37,726 bases of DNA, from NCBI GenBank assembly GCA_013416795.1, contig RQSC01000267.1:1-37726 (forward strand), written 5' to 3'. Within the stretch, counting starts at the first letter, position 1. Each line of letters begins with the position of its first letter. The position numbers were made by a program, and so were the translations under genes. A model generated the notes under the pieces. It searched no databases. It worked only from the letters and a program-made list of their open reading frames with translations, and was not told the DNA's origin. This document shows positions 11,678 to 21,600 of this stretch, one piece after another. Origin of the DNA: Prasinococcaceae sp. CCMP 1430. Taxonomy: Eukaryota; Plantae; Prasinodermophyta.

Positions 11678-12442
11678 TCAGGAAGAATCGCTCGCCCTCG
11701 TCGCCTGCGCAGCCTCGACGCGCGCGATCTCCGCCTCGGTCTCGATGCCGAGCGCGGGCAGGATGGCGCGCGCGGTCCTCCACACGTCGCCGCGCGCCAG
11801 GCGGTACTCGGCGACGAGCCACTTGTGCAGCACCGCGCCGCGGTCGCCGTGCGCGATCTCCTCGGGGCCGAGGCAGGCCTCGATGTTGCGCAGGAGCGCC
11901 GAGGGGGCCGCGTCGCCCAGCTCGGCCGTGCGCGCCATGTTGGCCATAAGCTCGTCCGCGAGAGCGGGCGAAGAGGCCAGGTGCGCCCAGTGGCGCAGCC
12001 GCGCGCGGCGCTCGTCGTCCCCCGCGTCTGCGGCGACCTCAGCGCCGCGAAGGAGGACGAGCGATAGGACGGAGATGGCGGTGGCCTCGTCCTCCTCGCG
12101 CTGGGCGCCCTCCGGCCAGAGGCGCTCATTGCCCTCTAGAAGGCGCAGCAGCTCGCCGCACGCCTCCTTCTTGGCCAGCTTCTTGTGCTCGTGCCAGCGC
12201 GAGCGCGCGCCGGGGCCGTTGTGCAGCTGGACGAAGCAGCGATAGGCCGCGCGCAGGGCGCGCGGGCGGCGGTCCATCGCCTGCACCGATACGGGCACGC
12301 GCGGAGCCGCCTCCTCGCGCTCCTCGAAGGCGAATGCCACCTCGGTGGCGAGGTCGCGCCCACGCCGCTGGAGGAACTCGTTGAGCAGCGACACGCCGTC
12401 GGCGTGCCGCGCTGCGTCGTCCCGTTCGGGGAGGGAGGCCAT
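11678..12442 (-). CDS. dsRNA-binding-motif protein with a C-terminal helical domain resembling a degenerate RNase III fold (254 aa)
   Basis: SLLNEFLQ...YRCFVQL...KKLAKKEACGELLRLL fits the dsRBD alpha-beta-beta-beta-alpha pattern. Single exon, coding-like codon usage. Start codon uncertain (frame open upstream). Confidence 0.6.
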   Translation of the reverse strand: MASLPERDDAARHADGVSLLNEFLQRRGRDLATEVAFAFEEREEAAPRVPVSVQAMDRRPRALRAAYRCFVQLHNGPGARSRWHEHKKLAKKEACGELLRLLEGNERLWPEGAQREEDEATAISVLSLVLLRGAEVAADAGDDERRARLRHWAHLASSPALADELMANMARTAELGDAAPSALLRNIEACLGPEEIAHGDRGAVLHKWLVAEYRLARGDVWRTARAILPALGIETEAEIARVEAAQATRASDSS

Positions 12443-12849
12443 CGCCAGGGCCGCTCGACCCCGCGGGCCGGCGCCGTGCGGCCCGGCCTCGCCGCGCGCG
12501 TACGCGCCGTGTGGCGCGCGCGCGGCGGTACGGAAAAAATCCTCAACGCTCAAACGCCTCAAATTGTTTGTTTCTGTGCACGCCGGCACGCGCATGGCGT
12601 GCACCGCGCATGTGAGCACCCAGCAACTGCCGAATAGGCATTGCCACGTCCCCCAACTCTTGCTACACCTTTGTGCTGTGCACGATGGCGCGCGCCATGA
12701 GTCGTCGCAGACTGTCTCTCGACTTCCATTTTGTTTTACTCTCACTCGAGGAGCATGCAATGTCAATCAATGCAGAGAAAGGTCTCGGGATGCTACCGTG
12801 ATGCTACGCGCAGCACGCACCCAGCCTGCCCGCCCGCCTGCCTGCCCGC

Positions 12850-15800
12850 CTAGCAGTACTCGGCGACGCAGCGAGCGCCGAAGGACTTGCTGTCGACCAC
12901 GCACTTGCGCTTGCCGTTCTTGATGGCGATGTGCTTGCCCTTGCCGCAGGACTCGGTCGTCCACACGAGGAGCTTGTCGAGGCCGCAGCCGGTCCTGATC
13001 GTGACGCCGTACTCCTCCGGAGCGGGGAGGCGCGCGCCCGCGTCGCCGCAGAACGCCCGCGCCTCCTCGAAGGAGCCCTTGAAGCACTCGCCGTCGGGCT
13101 TCGACGCAGCGCACAGCTTGGCCTCGTCGTCGAACTTCCACGCCTTCTTGTCGTCCTGCTGCTGGCAGCACACCCCGGAGGAGGGGGAGCCGTCGTCGCC
13201 GTCGGCCGGCCCGGTCTGCCCGCCCTCGTCGCCGTCGCACGTGGGCATGCAGCACCGCACGCCGAACTTGCGCCCCGCCGCGGCGCACACGGAGGGCCCG
13301 CCGTCGCCGCGGCGCGCGATGAACTTGTTGGCGCCGGCCTTGCCGCAGGTCTCGTTGGTCCACACGAACTTCTTGTCGAGGCCGCAGCCGGTGCCGATCG
13401 CCGCCGACACGAGCGCGTCGGCCGAGCACAGCTCGGCGCCCTCGTCGGCGCAGATCTGCGCGGCGGCCGTCCAGCCCTTCGACTTGAAGCAGCGGTCGCC
13501 CTTCTTGAGCTTGGAGGCGCCGCACATGTTCCCCGACACCTTCCAGTCGGGCTGGTCGCGCTCGCAGCACTGGCCCCTTTCGAAGCGCGTGGGCGCGGGC
13601 GTGGGCCTCGGCGTGGGCTTGTTGGTCGGCGACTTGGTCGGCGCGTACGTGGGCGCGGGCGTGGGCCTGGGGGTGGGCCTGGCCGTGGTGGGCGACTTCG
13701 TCGGGCTCTTCGTGGGCGAGTGCGTAGAGGTGGGGGACTTGGTGGGCTTGTACGTGGGCCGCTTGGTGGGGGCCTTGGTCGGCGGCGGCACGTGCCCGCG
13801 GAACCAGCCGACGAACCAGCCGTACCCGCACCCGAACCCGCACCCGAGCAGGCGCCGCCACCCGCTGAACCAGCCGCTGAACCACCCCGCCTCCTTGGGA
13901 GGCAGCGTGGGCGCCTTGGTGGGCGACGCCGTCGGGAGCGCCGGGCAGTGCGTCGGGCCCACCGCATCGCCGCACGAGAAGTACGACTTGCGCTCGCAGC
14001 CGGCGGGCTTGCAGAAGCACTCGGTGGGGTCAACAGGGCCCTTGCCCGGCGGACCGCCGCACTCGACCGTGGCGCCCTCGCGCTCCAGGCACGGCATGTC
14101 CACCTCAAAGAGCGCCGAGTTGTCCTCGAAGAGCACGAGCGCGTGGGGGGTGGCCAGCTCGACGAGCGACTGCATGTTGACGGCGTCGAGCGCGTGCTCC
14201 TCGGTGACCACGAAGACGCCGGCGTCGCACCGGTTCAGGTTGAACTCGTGCCTGCCGCACGACGAGTGGCACGGGCTGACGCCCGAGCAGTCGCGGTGCG
14301 TCGGGCCCACGGCCTCGAGCTTGGGCGTCACGATGGTGTAGAGCATGGTGGCGTTGCGCACCACGAAACCCTCGCCGTTCTCGCTGCAGACGCAGCGGCC
14401 CTCCCACGCCGGGCGCGGCAGGTAGTGCACGTGCTCGAGCGCGGGCAGGTAGAGGCAGGGCAGCACGGTGTTCACGATGCTCAGGTCGCCCGCGGTCGAG
14501 ATGAGCGAGCTCAGGTCGAGGTCGGTCAGGCGGTAGTCGTTCTCGAAGGAGACGCTCGAGGAGGGGGGGTCCACACCCACCGGGTAGACGTGCTTGAGCG
14601 CGCCCAGGTTGACGGTGGTGAGCTCGGGGTTGTCCTCGATGTCGATCTTCGAGGTGAGCACGAGGCTGCCGAGCTGGATGGTGCGCAGCGCGTCGTTGTC
14701 CTCCACCTCGGTCTCGCCCTGGACGAAGACGAGCTTGGGCGCGCCGAAGTACATCAGGGCCATGTTGTCGTCCACCTCGAGCTCGCGGTCGACAGTGTCG
14801 GGGCCGAACTGGACGTTGTACTCGCCGCCGCCGACCACGACGAGCTCGGGCAGGGCAAGGTACTCGAGGGCCTCGTTATCGTCCACCTCGACGGAGCCGG
14901 CCGTCACGAGGCTGCCCAGGTGCACGCGCTTCAGCATGGGCAGCCACTCAAGCTCGAGCTCGCCCAGCACGGCCTTGAGAGCGCTGAGGTCGATCTCCTC
15001 GATGAACGCCTGCTGCCTCTCCCTGTCCTCGCCGCTGAGTTGGTCGATGCCGGCCTTCTCGCCGCCCACCACGACGAGCGCCGACAGGTCGAGCACGGGG
15101 CCCAGCAGGCGCAGGTCCTCGATGTACAGGTTGTCGCGCACGGCGCGCAGGCCGCTGAGGTCGAAGGACGCGAGGAGCATGTCTGGGTTGTCACATGGCG
15201 CGTGTTCTGTGACAAATTCCTCGTCATCGCTGCAACACGTGGCGGCGCTGGTCAGTGCACGTCCAGAGCATGGCAAGGGCGTGCAGAGCGCGAGCGGCCG
15301 CGCCGCGCACCAGTTCCACAGCCGCAGGTCGTCGCCGACGTAGACGAGGTCGCGCGCGGTGAACTCCACGAGGTTGTACGAGCCGATCACGTGGAAGTCC
15401 TCGACGGTCGCCTGCAGGTGAGGCAGGTGGATGGAGCCCACGTCGTCCTCCGCCTTGGACTCGATGTCGTAGGCCACCTTGCAGCCCGCCTCGGCCACCT
15501 CGTGCAGCGTGTACTCGGGTTCGCAGTCATCGGAGTCGTCGCAGGCCTCGCGCAGCTTCTCGTAGTAGCAGAAGACGTCGTCCGAGCCGATGCCCGCGCC
15601 GCACGGCTGCGTGGGCGGCAGGCACTGCGAGGACACGGCGTTGTCAAAGTTGTTGCACTCGCACTGCGTGATGTCCGCGCAGTCGAGCGAGGCGACCTCC
15701 TCGAGGCACTGCAGCTCCACGATGGGCAAGTTCTTGTTGCCCACGATGTCCACGTGGCCGGTCACGTTGCGCAGCGCGGTCAGGTCGAGCAGCTCCATGC

Positions 15801-17445
15801 GGTAGTTGTCGGTGACGGTGACGAAGGCCGGCGTGGTGTAGTAGTACTCGTAGTCGAAGATCTCCTCGAGGTGCGGCATGACGCTCATCACCAGCTGGTA
15901 GTTCTTGGAGACCATGAGGCCGCCGTAGATGACCTCCAGGCGCGGCGCGAAGACGAAGCGCAGCGCGTCGTTGTAGGTGATCACCACGTTGCCCCACACG
16001 CGCCAAAGGGCGTCGAAGTTCAGCGCGAGCAGCGCCGGGTTGGCGCTCACGTCGATCGAGCCGCCGACGGACACGACGTCGCGCAGCACGACCGTCGCCA
16101 GCTGGTCGTTCTCCTTGATCTCAATGGTTGGCAGCTCCATGTCCTCGTCGCGGTAGCTGCAGCTCGAGTGCTCGAAGCACGCGCCGCACCCAAGGTCGGT
16201 CGCCCAGTGGCACAGGTCGGCGTACTCCGGGTCGAAGCCCTCGCGCGTGCACGAGCCGTGCTCGGAGTCGTCGTAGCACGTCTGCGCACCGGCGAGCCAG
16301 CACAGGCCGCACACGACGGCGGGCGGGTGGGCGGCGAGCAGCGACTCGGCGCCGGCGTAGACGAGGTGCGGGTTGTGCTCGACGCTGAGACGGCCGAGCA
16401 GGAAGAGCATCTCGCGCAGGTCGAGCGCAGCCAAGCGCGCGTTGTCGCGCACGATGATGTCGTCGGTCACCACGAGCACATTGGAGAGCGTCGCCAGCGA
16501 GGCGAGCGCGCGGTTGGTCTCGAAGAGGATGTCGCCGTTCACGGCGCGCAGCGAGGAGAGGTCCACGGCCTCGAGCGCGTCGGTGCGCACGACCTCGAGG
16601 TCGCCGTTGACGAAGAGGAGCTTGCCCATGTCCACGACTGGGCCGAGGAGCGGGTGCTTGGCAATGCGCAGGCCGCCGGGGGCCTTGAGCCTGTAGGGCG
16701 CCTTGCCGAAGGTGTCGGGGTCCACCACGGCAGCGCCGCGGTAGTCGATGGCCTCGGCGGTGATGTTGCCCAGCGCCTCGCGCCACGCGGCAAGGAAGTC
16801 GTCAGTGGAGTCGGCGTCGGGCGCGAAGGCATCGGGGAGGGAGGTCACCGGCGTCGGAATGGCCTCGACGTCGTCGGCTCCCATCGATACGCCCCCGCCC
16901 GATGTCGAGCCGAGCCACCAGTCCGGCGCGTCAGCGGGGCAGTTGTATCCGAACACGGCCCTGAGCGAGCGGAGGTCGAGGTGCTCCAACGCGCTTGAGC
17001 CGTCGTGGCGGCCCTCGATCTCGACCTTGCCCTCTACGGCCCTGAGCCCCGAGAGGTCGATGCCCGTCACGTTGGTGGTGGAGATCTCGAGGTTGGCGTA
17101 CGTCCCGCAAGGCGCGCGGTTGGGAGCCACGATGGAGCGCAGTTTTGACGCGTCGATGAAGCCCTCGTCTTTCTTGCCCGCGCCCGCGCTGGTGACGTTG
17201 CCGAAGACGACGGTGCAGCCACGGTGCGCCACCTCGGCAAGCGTGAAGCCCTCCGCGGTCGGCGGCGCATTGCAAACGACGCGGTCGCGCGGCGGAAGTG
17301 GCCCAAAGTCGGCGGTGACGGCGTCCTGTGGCGCGTCCTCGGCGCGGGCGATGCCAGCGCCAGCGCTGGCCACGGCAGCGAGCGCTGCCGCCGCCGCGAA
17401 ACGCGAGGCGCCACCGCGCCCGCGGCGGCGATGCTGCGCGACCAT
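12850..17445 (-). CDS. Copy B: secreted ~1504-aa protein with signal peptide, receptor-L-domain/LRR-like repeats with Cys-rich inserts, PT/PTK mucin-like stalk and two C-terminal Cys-rich (C-type-lectin-like) modules
   Basis: ATG 17445, 81-nt intron 15310-15230 (same position as in copy A), TAG 12852-12850. Repeats DLSGLRAV.G.V.I / DLSSLRAVNGDI; PTKSPT repeats; C..a...C.d.GA.L...TGCG.DK..VW modules; no C-terminal TM segment. Confidence 0.85.
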   Translation of the reverse strand: MVAQHRRRGRGGASRFAAAAALAAVASAGAGIARAEDAPQDAVTADFGPLPPRDRVVCNAPPTAEGFTLAEVAHRGCTVVFGNVTSAGAGKKDEGFIDASKLRSIVAPNRAPCGTYANLEISTTNVTGIDLSGLRAVEGKVEIEGRHDGSSALEHLDLRSLRAVFGYNCPADAPDWWLGSTSGGGVSMGADDVEAIPTPVTSLPDAFAPDADSTDDFLAAWREALGNITAEAIDYRGAAVVDPDTFGKAPYRLKAPGGLRIAKHPLLGPVVDMGKLLFVNGDLEVVRTDALEAVDLSSLRAVNGDILFETNRALASLATLSNVLVVTDDIIVRDNARLAALDLREMLFLLGRLSVEHNPHLVYAGAESLLAAHPPAVVCGLCWLAGAQTCYDDSEHGSCTREGFDPEYADLCHWATDLGCGACFEHSSCSYRDEDMELPTIEIKENDQLATVVLRDVVSVGGSIDVSANPALLALNFDALWRVWGNVVITYNDALRFVFAPRLEVIYGGLMVSKNYQLVMSVMPHLEEIFDYEYYYTTPAFVTVTDNYRMELLDLTALRNVTGHVDIVGNKNLPIVELQCLEEVASLDCADITQCECNNFDNAVSSQCLPPTQPCGAGIGSDDVFCYYEKLREACDDSDDCEPEYTLHEVAEAGCKVAYDIESKAEDDVGSIHLPHLQATVEDFHVIGSYNLVEFTARDLVYVGDDLRLWNWCAARPLALCTPLPCSGRALTSAATCCSDDEEFVTEHAPCDNPDMLLASFDLSGLRAVRDNLYIEDLRLLGPVLDLSALVVVGGEKAGIDQLSGEDRERQQAFIEEIDLSALKAVLGELELEWLPMLKRVHLGSLVTAGSVEVDDNEALEYLALPELVVVGGGEYNVQFGPDTVDRELEVDDNMALMYFGAPKLVFVQGETEVEDNDALRTIQLGSLVLTSKIDIEDNPELTTVNLGALKHVYPVGVDPPSSSVSFENDYRLTDLDLSSLISTAGDLSIVNTVLPCLYLPALEHVHYLPRPAWEGRCVCSENGEGFVVRNATMLYTIVTPKLEAVGPTHRDCSGVSPCHSSCGRHEFNLNRCDAGVFVVTEEHALDAVNMQSLVELATPHALVLFEDNSALFEVDMPCLEREGATVECGGPPGKGPVDPTECFCKPAGCERKSYFSCGDAVGPTHCPALPTASPTKAPTLPPKEAGWFSGWFSGWRRLLGCGFGCGYGWFVGWFRGHVPPPTKAPTKRPTYKPTKSPTSTHSPTKSPTKSPTTARPTPRPTPAPTYAPTKSPTNKPTPRPTPAPTRFERGQCCERDQPDWKVSGNMCGASKLKKGDRCFKSKGWTAAAQICADEGAELCSADALVSAAIGTGCGLDKKFVWTNETCGKAGANKFIARRGDGGPSVCAAAGRKFGVRCCMPTCDGDEGGQTGPADGDDGSPSSGVCCQQQDDKKAWKFDDEAKLCAASKPDGECFKGSFEEARAFCGDAGARLPAPEEYGVTIRTGCGLDKLLVWTTESCGKGKHIAIKNGKRKCVVDSKSFGARCVAEYC
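13790..13891. other. 102-nt segment that is the same-direction complement (not reverse complement) of 6505-6606
   Basis: Position-by-position comparison gives 102/102 complementary bases; both flanks match copy A directly. Confidence 0.97.
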
Positions 17446-18626
17446 GGCCGCCGCGGCCAATAAATAGGAACTGATCCGGTGGGGGGCTACAGGAGCGTCG
17501 AGGGGGGGTGGGGACGGCGTGTGCCGTGTGTGTGCGGTGTGGCGCTGCCGACCGCGCAGCGTGGCTCTGCGCACGGCACCGTCGCGCGCGGCCGCCACCA
17601 CGCATGCTTCATCGGTATGTTTGGCGCACGCGCACCCGCGCGTGCCGTGCGCAGCTGGAGCATGCCCCTCCCGGGACGCGGCGGTGGGGCGGGCGCGGCT
17701 CCTGATGCATGTCGCCCGCTTGCTCACGGGTGCGCGTCTGGCGCGCGCGCAGCCGGCACGCGTGCGCGCGGCCGCGCACGCGTGGCCGCGCGGCGCGGCC
17801 TTCGCCTGGCTGGTAGCCAGCCCTGAGCCCTCGTGTCAGCACCTCGCGCTGCATCGCCACGCGCATCTTTGCTTCTGCCGCACCCCGCCCCTGCTGCGGC
17901 TGTTGTCCCCCCCCACCCCCCTCCTCTGCTCCGCCCCTCGTCTGCGATGTGACAGCGCGTTTGCGCTCGGCCGCGCGCGCGCGCGCGCGGCCGCCGAGCC
18001 GGCGCGCGCGCCGACGCGCCCTGGTCGGATCGGACGCGCGATCGGAAAAACAGGCAGTGCGTTTGCCCTGGGACCCGCATCGCATTGCGAGTGATGTCCC
18101 CTTTTAGCGTTTCGTTCCGTCTGTTCTCCCGCACTCCATTCCGTTTCGAAAACGTCCGAAACGCGCACCAAACGCGAACGCGCCGCCGCCGCGTACGATG
18201 GGAGCGTTTCAGCCCTCCGGAGGCGCTCGTACCATCGGTCGGACGGTGGTGTCTGTCTCTCCCCGCTCCCGTTCCCGATTTTTTTTTTTCTTCGTTTGCG
18301 CGGGCGGGCGACGGCTGCCGCGCGGGCCGCGGCCAAAGGGCCGCCCGCATCGAATGCGTGCGGGCCATCGCTCGGATCGAAGTTCGAACGCGACGCGCGC
18401 GCAACGGCACGCCGACCGGGGCAGGGGTGGGGGTGGGGGTGGGGGGAGGAGGGACGACGGAGGAGGGGGAGGAGGGACGAGGGACGAGGGACAGGGGCAC
18501 GAGGAGGGACAGAGGGTGAGAGGGAAGGGAGGGGAAGGGATGGGCGCGGGCAGGGAGAGGGGCGCGCCACACCTGCTCGGCGCGCAGGCGAAGCGTGCAC
18601 GCGCCGGCGCCGGCGCCGCGCGCGCC

Positions 18627-21600
18627 ATGAGCGCCCTCATGAGGCGCCGCCAGCAGGAGCGTGAGGCCAAGCGCGCCGCAGGGATGGAGGACGCCGCCGC
18701 AGCCGCGAAGGGAGAAACGGGGGTGGACGGGCCGGGGGGCGATGCCAAAGGCGCAGGAGGAAGCGCGCTCATGCGCCGCAGGCAACAGGAACGTGACGCG
18801 AAGCGCGCCGGGGCCGGAAGCGCTGGCGCAGCTGGCGGCGGCGCCGCACCGCCGCCGCCGGCCGAGCACCCCACGCATCCCGAGCGCCCGCACACCGCGC
18901 AGGTGCTCTCGACGGGGGACGCGCCGCCCATGAGCGGCCTCGCGGCGCGGCGTGCGGCGCGCAAGGCAAAAGAAGAGCGCGACGCCGAGATCAAGGCCGC
19001 CAGGCGCGCCGCCGCGTCCGCCCCGGCAGGGGCGGCAGACGCTGGCACACTCGTATCCGCCGAGGTGTCCACCGAGGCGCCAGCCGCACCCTCACCGTTG
19101 TCGCCGCCCGTTGCGCACTCGAAGGCGGCGGACGCACCCGAGATGGCAGGCAGCGCGCTCATGCGCCGCCGTCAGCAGCAAAAGGAGGCTGCCAAGCCGT
19201 CTGCGTCCGCCGCGGAGGCGGCACCGGCGCCGACCGCGCGCTCCGGCCCGTCCGGCGACGTCAGCACACTCGCGGCCCAGACGCCGGTACAGGAGCAGGC
19301 CGCATCGTCCGCCTCGGGGTTGGCGCCACGCTTCTCCGCTCCCAGTGGCATTGGCAAGGTGGCGCCGCTCCCGCCCGCAGTTGCGCCGCTGGGCGACAGC
19401 AGCAACACGGCCCGCGCGCCGGCCTCAACCCAAGGCGAACCGACGACGCCCACCAGGCCGCGGCAACGCGTGACAGCGTTCGGAGGCACGCCGAGCGCAA
19501 CCGGCATGGAGAAGGCGGCGATCACGCCGCCTGTCGACGGAGGCGCGGAGGTTGCATCGTCTCTCGTCGCCACGGACGAGTCTGAGGCTGAGGCTGAAGC
19601 CGAGCCCGCACCGTGCGAAGTCCCCGGCCCCGAGACCTCGCAGGCGGCGCCGCCAGCGACGCGCCCTCAAGCTTCGGACGCGGGCTTGGAGCCGCAGTCT
19701 GCCAGCCTTGCCGTGAGCCCAAACGTCGGAGGCGATGGCTCCGACATAGACGACGTCGCCGGTGCGGTTGGCAGTTCGCCGGCGCTGACACCGGCTGCAT
19801 CGCCCAGAAGTGCTGGCACCGACCTCACTCGCCGCGTTGAGCAGGTCGAGGCCACCTCGCGCGAATCGCGCAGAAGCAGGGAGGCATTGAATGCGGCGAC
19901 GGCAGCCGCCGAGCGCCGCGCCGCCGCTGCCGAGCAAGCCGCAGAGCGCGCGCTGCATGCTGCTACCGAACAGTCCGCGCTTGTACGCCAGCTCGACCTG
20001 TGGAAGGACCGATCGCAGCGAGAGATCACAGACCTGCGCGCGAAGCTCGCGCGGCCAATGCCGTCGCCCGGGGGAAGGCCGCCCCGTACGCCCGATGCCT
20101 CCGCCGCGAAGGCCGCCGCTGCGGCGGCCGCCGACGCGGCGGCCGCCAACGCTGCCGCCACGGAGGCCGCCAACGCCGCCAGGGAGGCCCGCGAAGTCGC
20201 CGTTGAGAGGGTGCGCGCGCAGGAGGCGCAGCAGCAGCAGGCACTACAGGCTTCCTCCGACGACGATCGTGTGTACGAGGCGGTGGACGTGCTGCGCTCC
20301 GATGTGGGCGCCCTCGCACGGCGCGCGGCCGCCGCTGAGGCTGCCGCGGCGGAGGCTGCGGCGTCCTCTGATGCGCTGCGCACCGAGGCGCGCGCGAGCA
20401 CCGATCAGGTGGCCGCCGCCGTCAGCAAGGCGGAGGCCCTCATGGAGTCGCACTCTAGGCGGCTGGTGGCGCTCGAAGAGGCGTCGGTCGCGGCTGCCGA
20501 GGCCACGCAAGCGCTCGAGGAGCGGGCGGCGGAGGCCGCTGCTGCTGACGACAAGCGCGCGTCGCCCGTCCCGCGGTCTCCGGCGCATGCTGCTGAGCTT
20601 CGCCGCCTAGCGAGCGCCGTATCAACCGCCGAGGAGGCCGCGCAAGCGTCCGAAGCGCGCTCCACGAAGGCGCTCGAGGTGGCCAACGGTGCTGGGTCAC
20701 GCACTGCCGCACTCGCGCCCCGCCTCGAGGCGATGGAGCGCAGCTGCGCGCCGATTGGGCCGCGCCTCGACTCTCTCGAGGCAGCGCTGACCGAGCTGGC
20801 TGCTGCCGGTGCTGACGATACGGCTCGCAGTTCTTTCGCGCAGCTGCTAGCCCCGCGCATAGCACAGCTCGAGCAGCGTCTGGCGCTCGCCGAGGAAGCC
20901 GCGTCGCAAAGTGAGCGTGCCGTTGAACGCGCAGTGGTGGCGCGCCTCGAGTCATCTGTGGCGCCCGAGCGCGCCGAGTTGGAGGCCATGGTCGAGCAAT
21001 TCGCTGAATTGCGAGAGCGGCTGGTCGCTTCGGACGCGCGACGCCGTGACACTGAGGCAGACCTCGTCAGCGAGTGGGCGCGTCGTGAGGCTGCCGACGC
21101 AGCTGCGCAGCGCGAGGCGCAATCTGCTGCGCTCACCGCGCTTGTGCGCGGCAAAATAGAGGTGCTGAGCTCCGAGGCGAGGTCGGCCGCAGCGTCCGCC
21201 ACGCAAGCCGCCGAAGAGGCGGGGGCGGCGAGGGAGGCCGCGCAGCGCGCCACAGCGCAGGCGGATCCCGCGATCAATACGAAGCTCAAGGAGGCTGCAC
21301 ACGCGGCGCTCGAGGCGGCAGAACGCGCCGGCCAGTCGGTGGCGACATCGGCGGCATGTGCAACAGAGGCAGCCGAGTCTGCGGCGGCAGCGCAACGCGC
21401 GGCTGAGGCGGCCGTCGGCGACACCGGCGTGGGCGCACGCGCAGCGTCCGCCGAGGCGGCCGCGGCGTCTGCCCGCGCCGCGGCCCAGGAACGGAGCACG
21501 GCGATGCAGTCCGCGGCGTCTGCCCGCGCCGCGGCCCAGGACGCGCGCCTTGGCGCCGATGAGGCGGTCGCTGCCGCTCGCCGTGCGGAAGAGCGCGCGG

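Noticed and set aside
13790-13891. RRLL subtilase (S1P-type) cleavage site and GWF aromatic repeat in the copy B stalk, or an ordinary micro-inversion
   Set aside because: The peptide is fully explained as the base-wise complement of copy A's PTK codons. An inversion would give the reverse complement, which is not what is seen.
12931-16998. 1355-aa + strand ORF, and similar long ORFs at 6663-8069, 8143-9783 and 20405-22600
   Set aside because: Antisense shadows of real genes caused by extreme GC3 bias; no recognisable domains.
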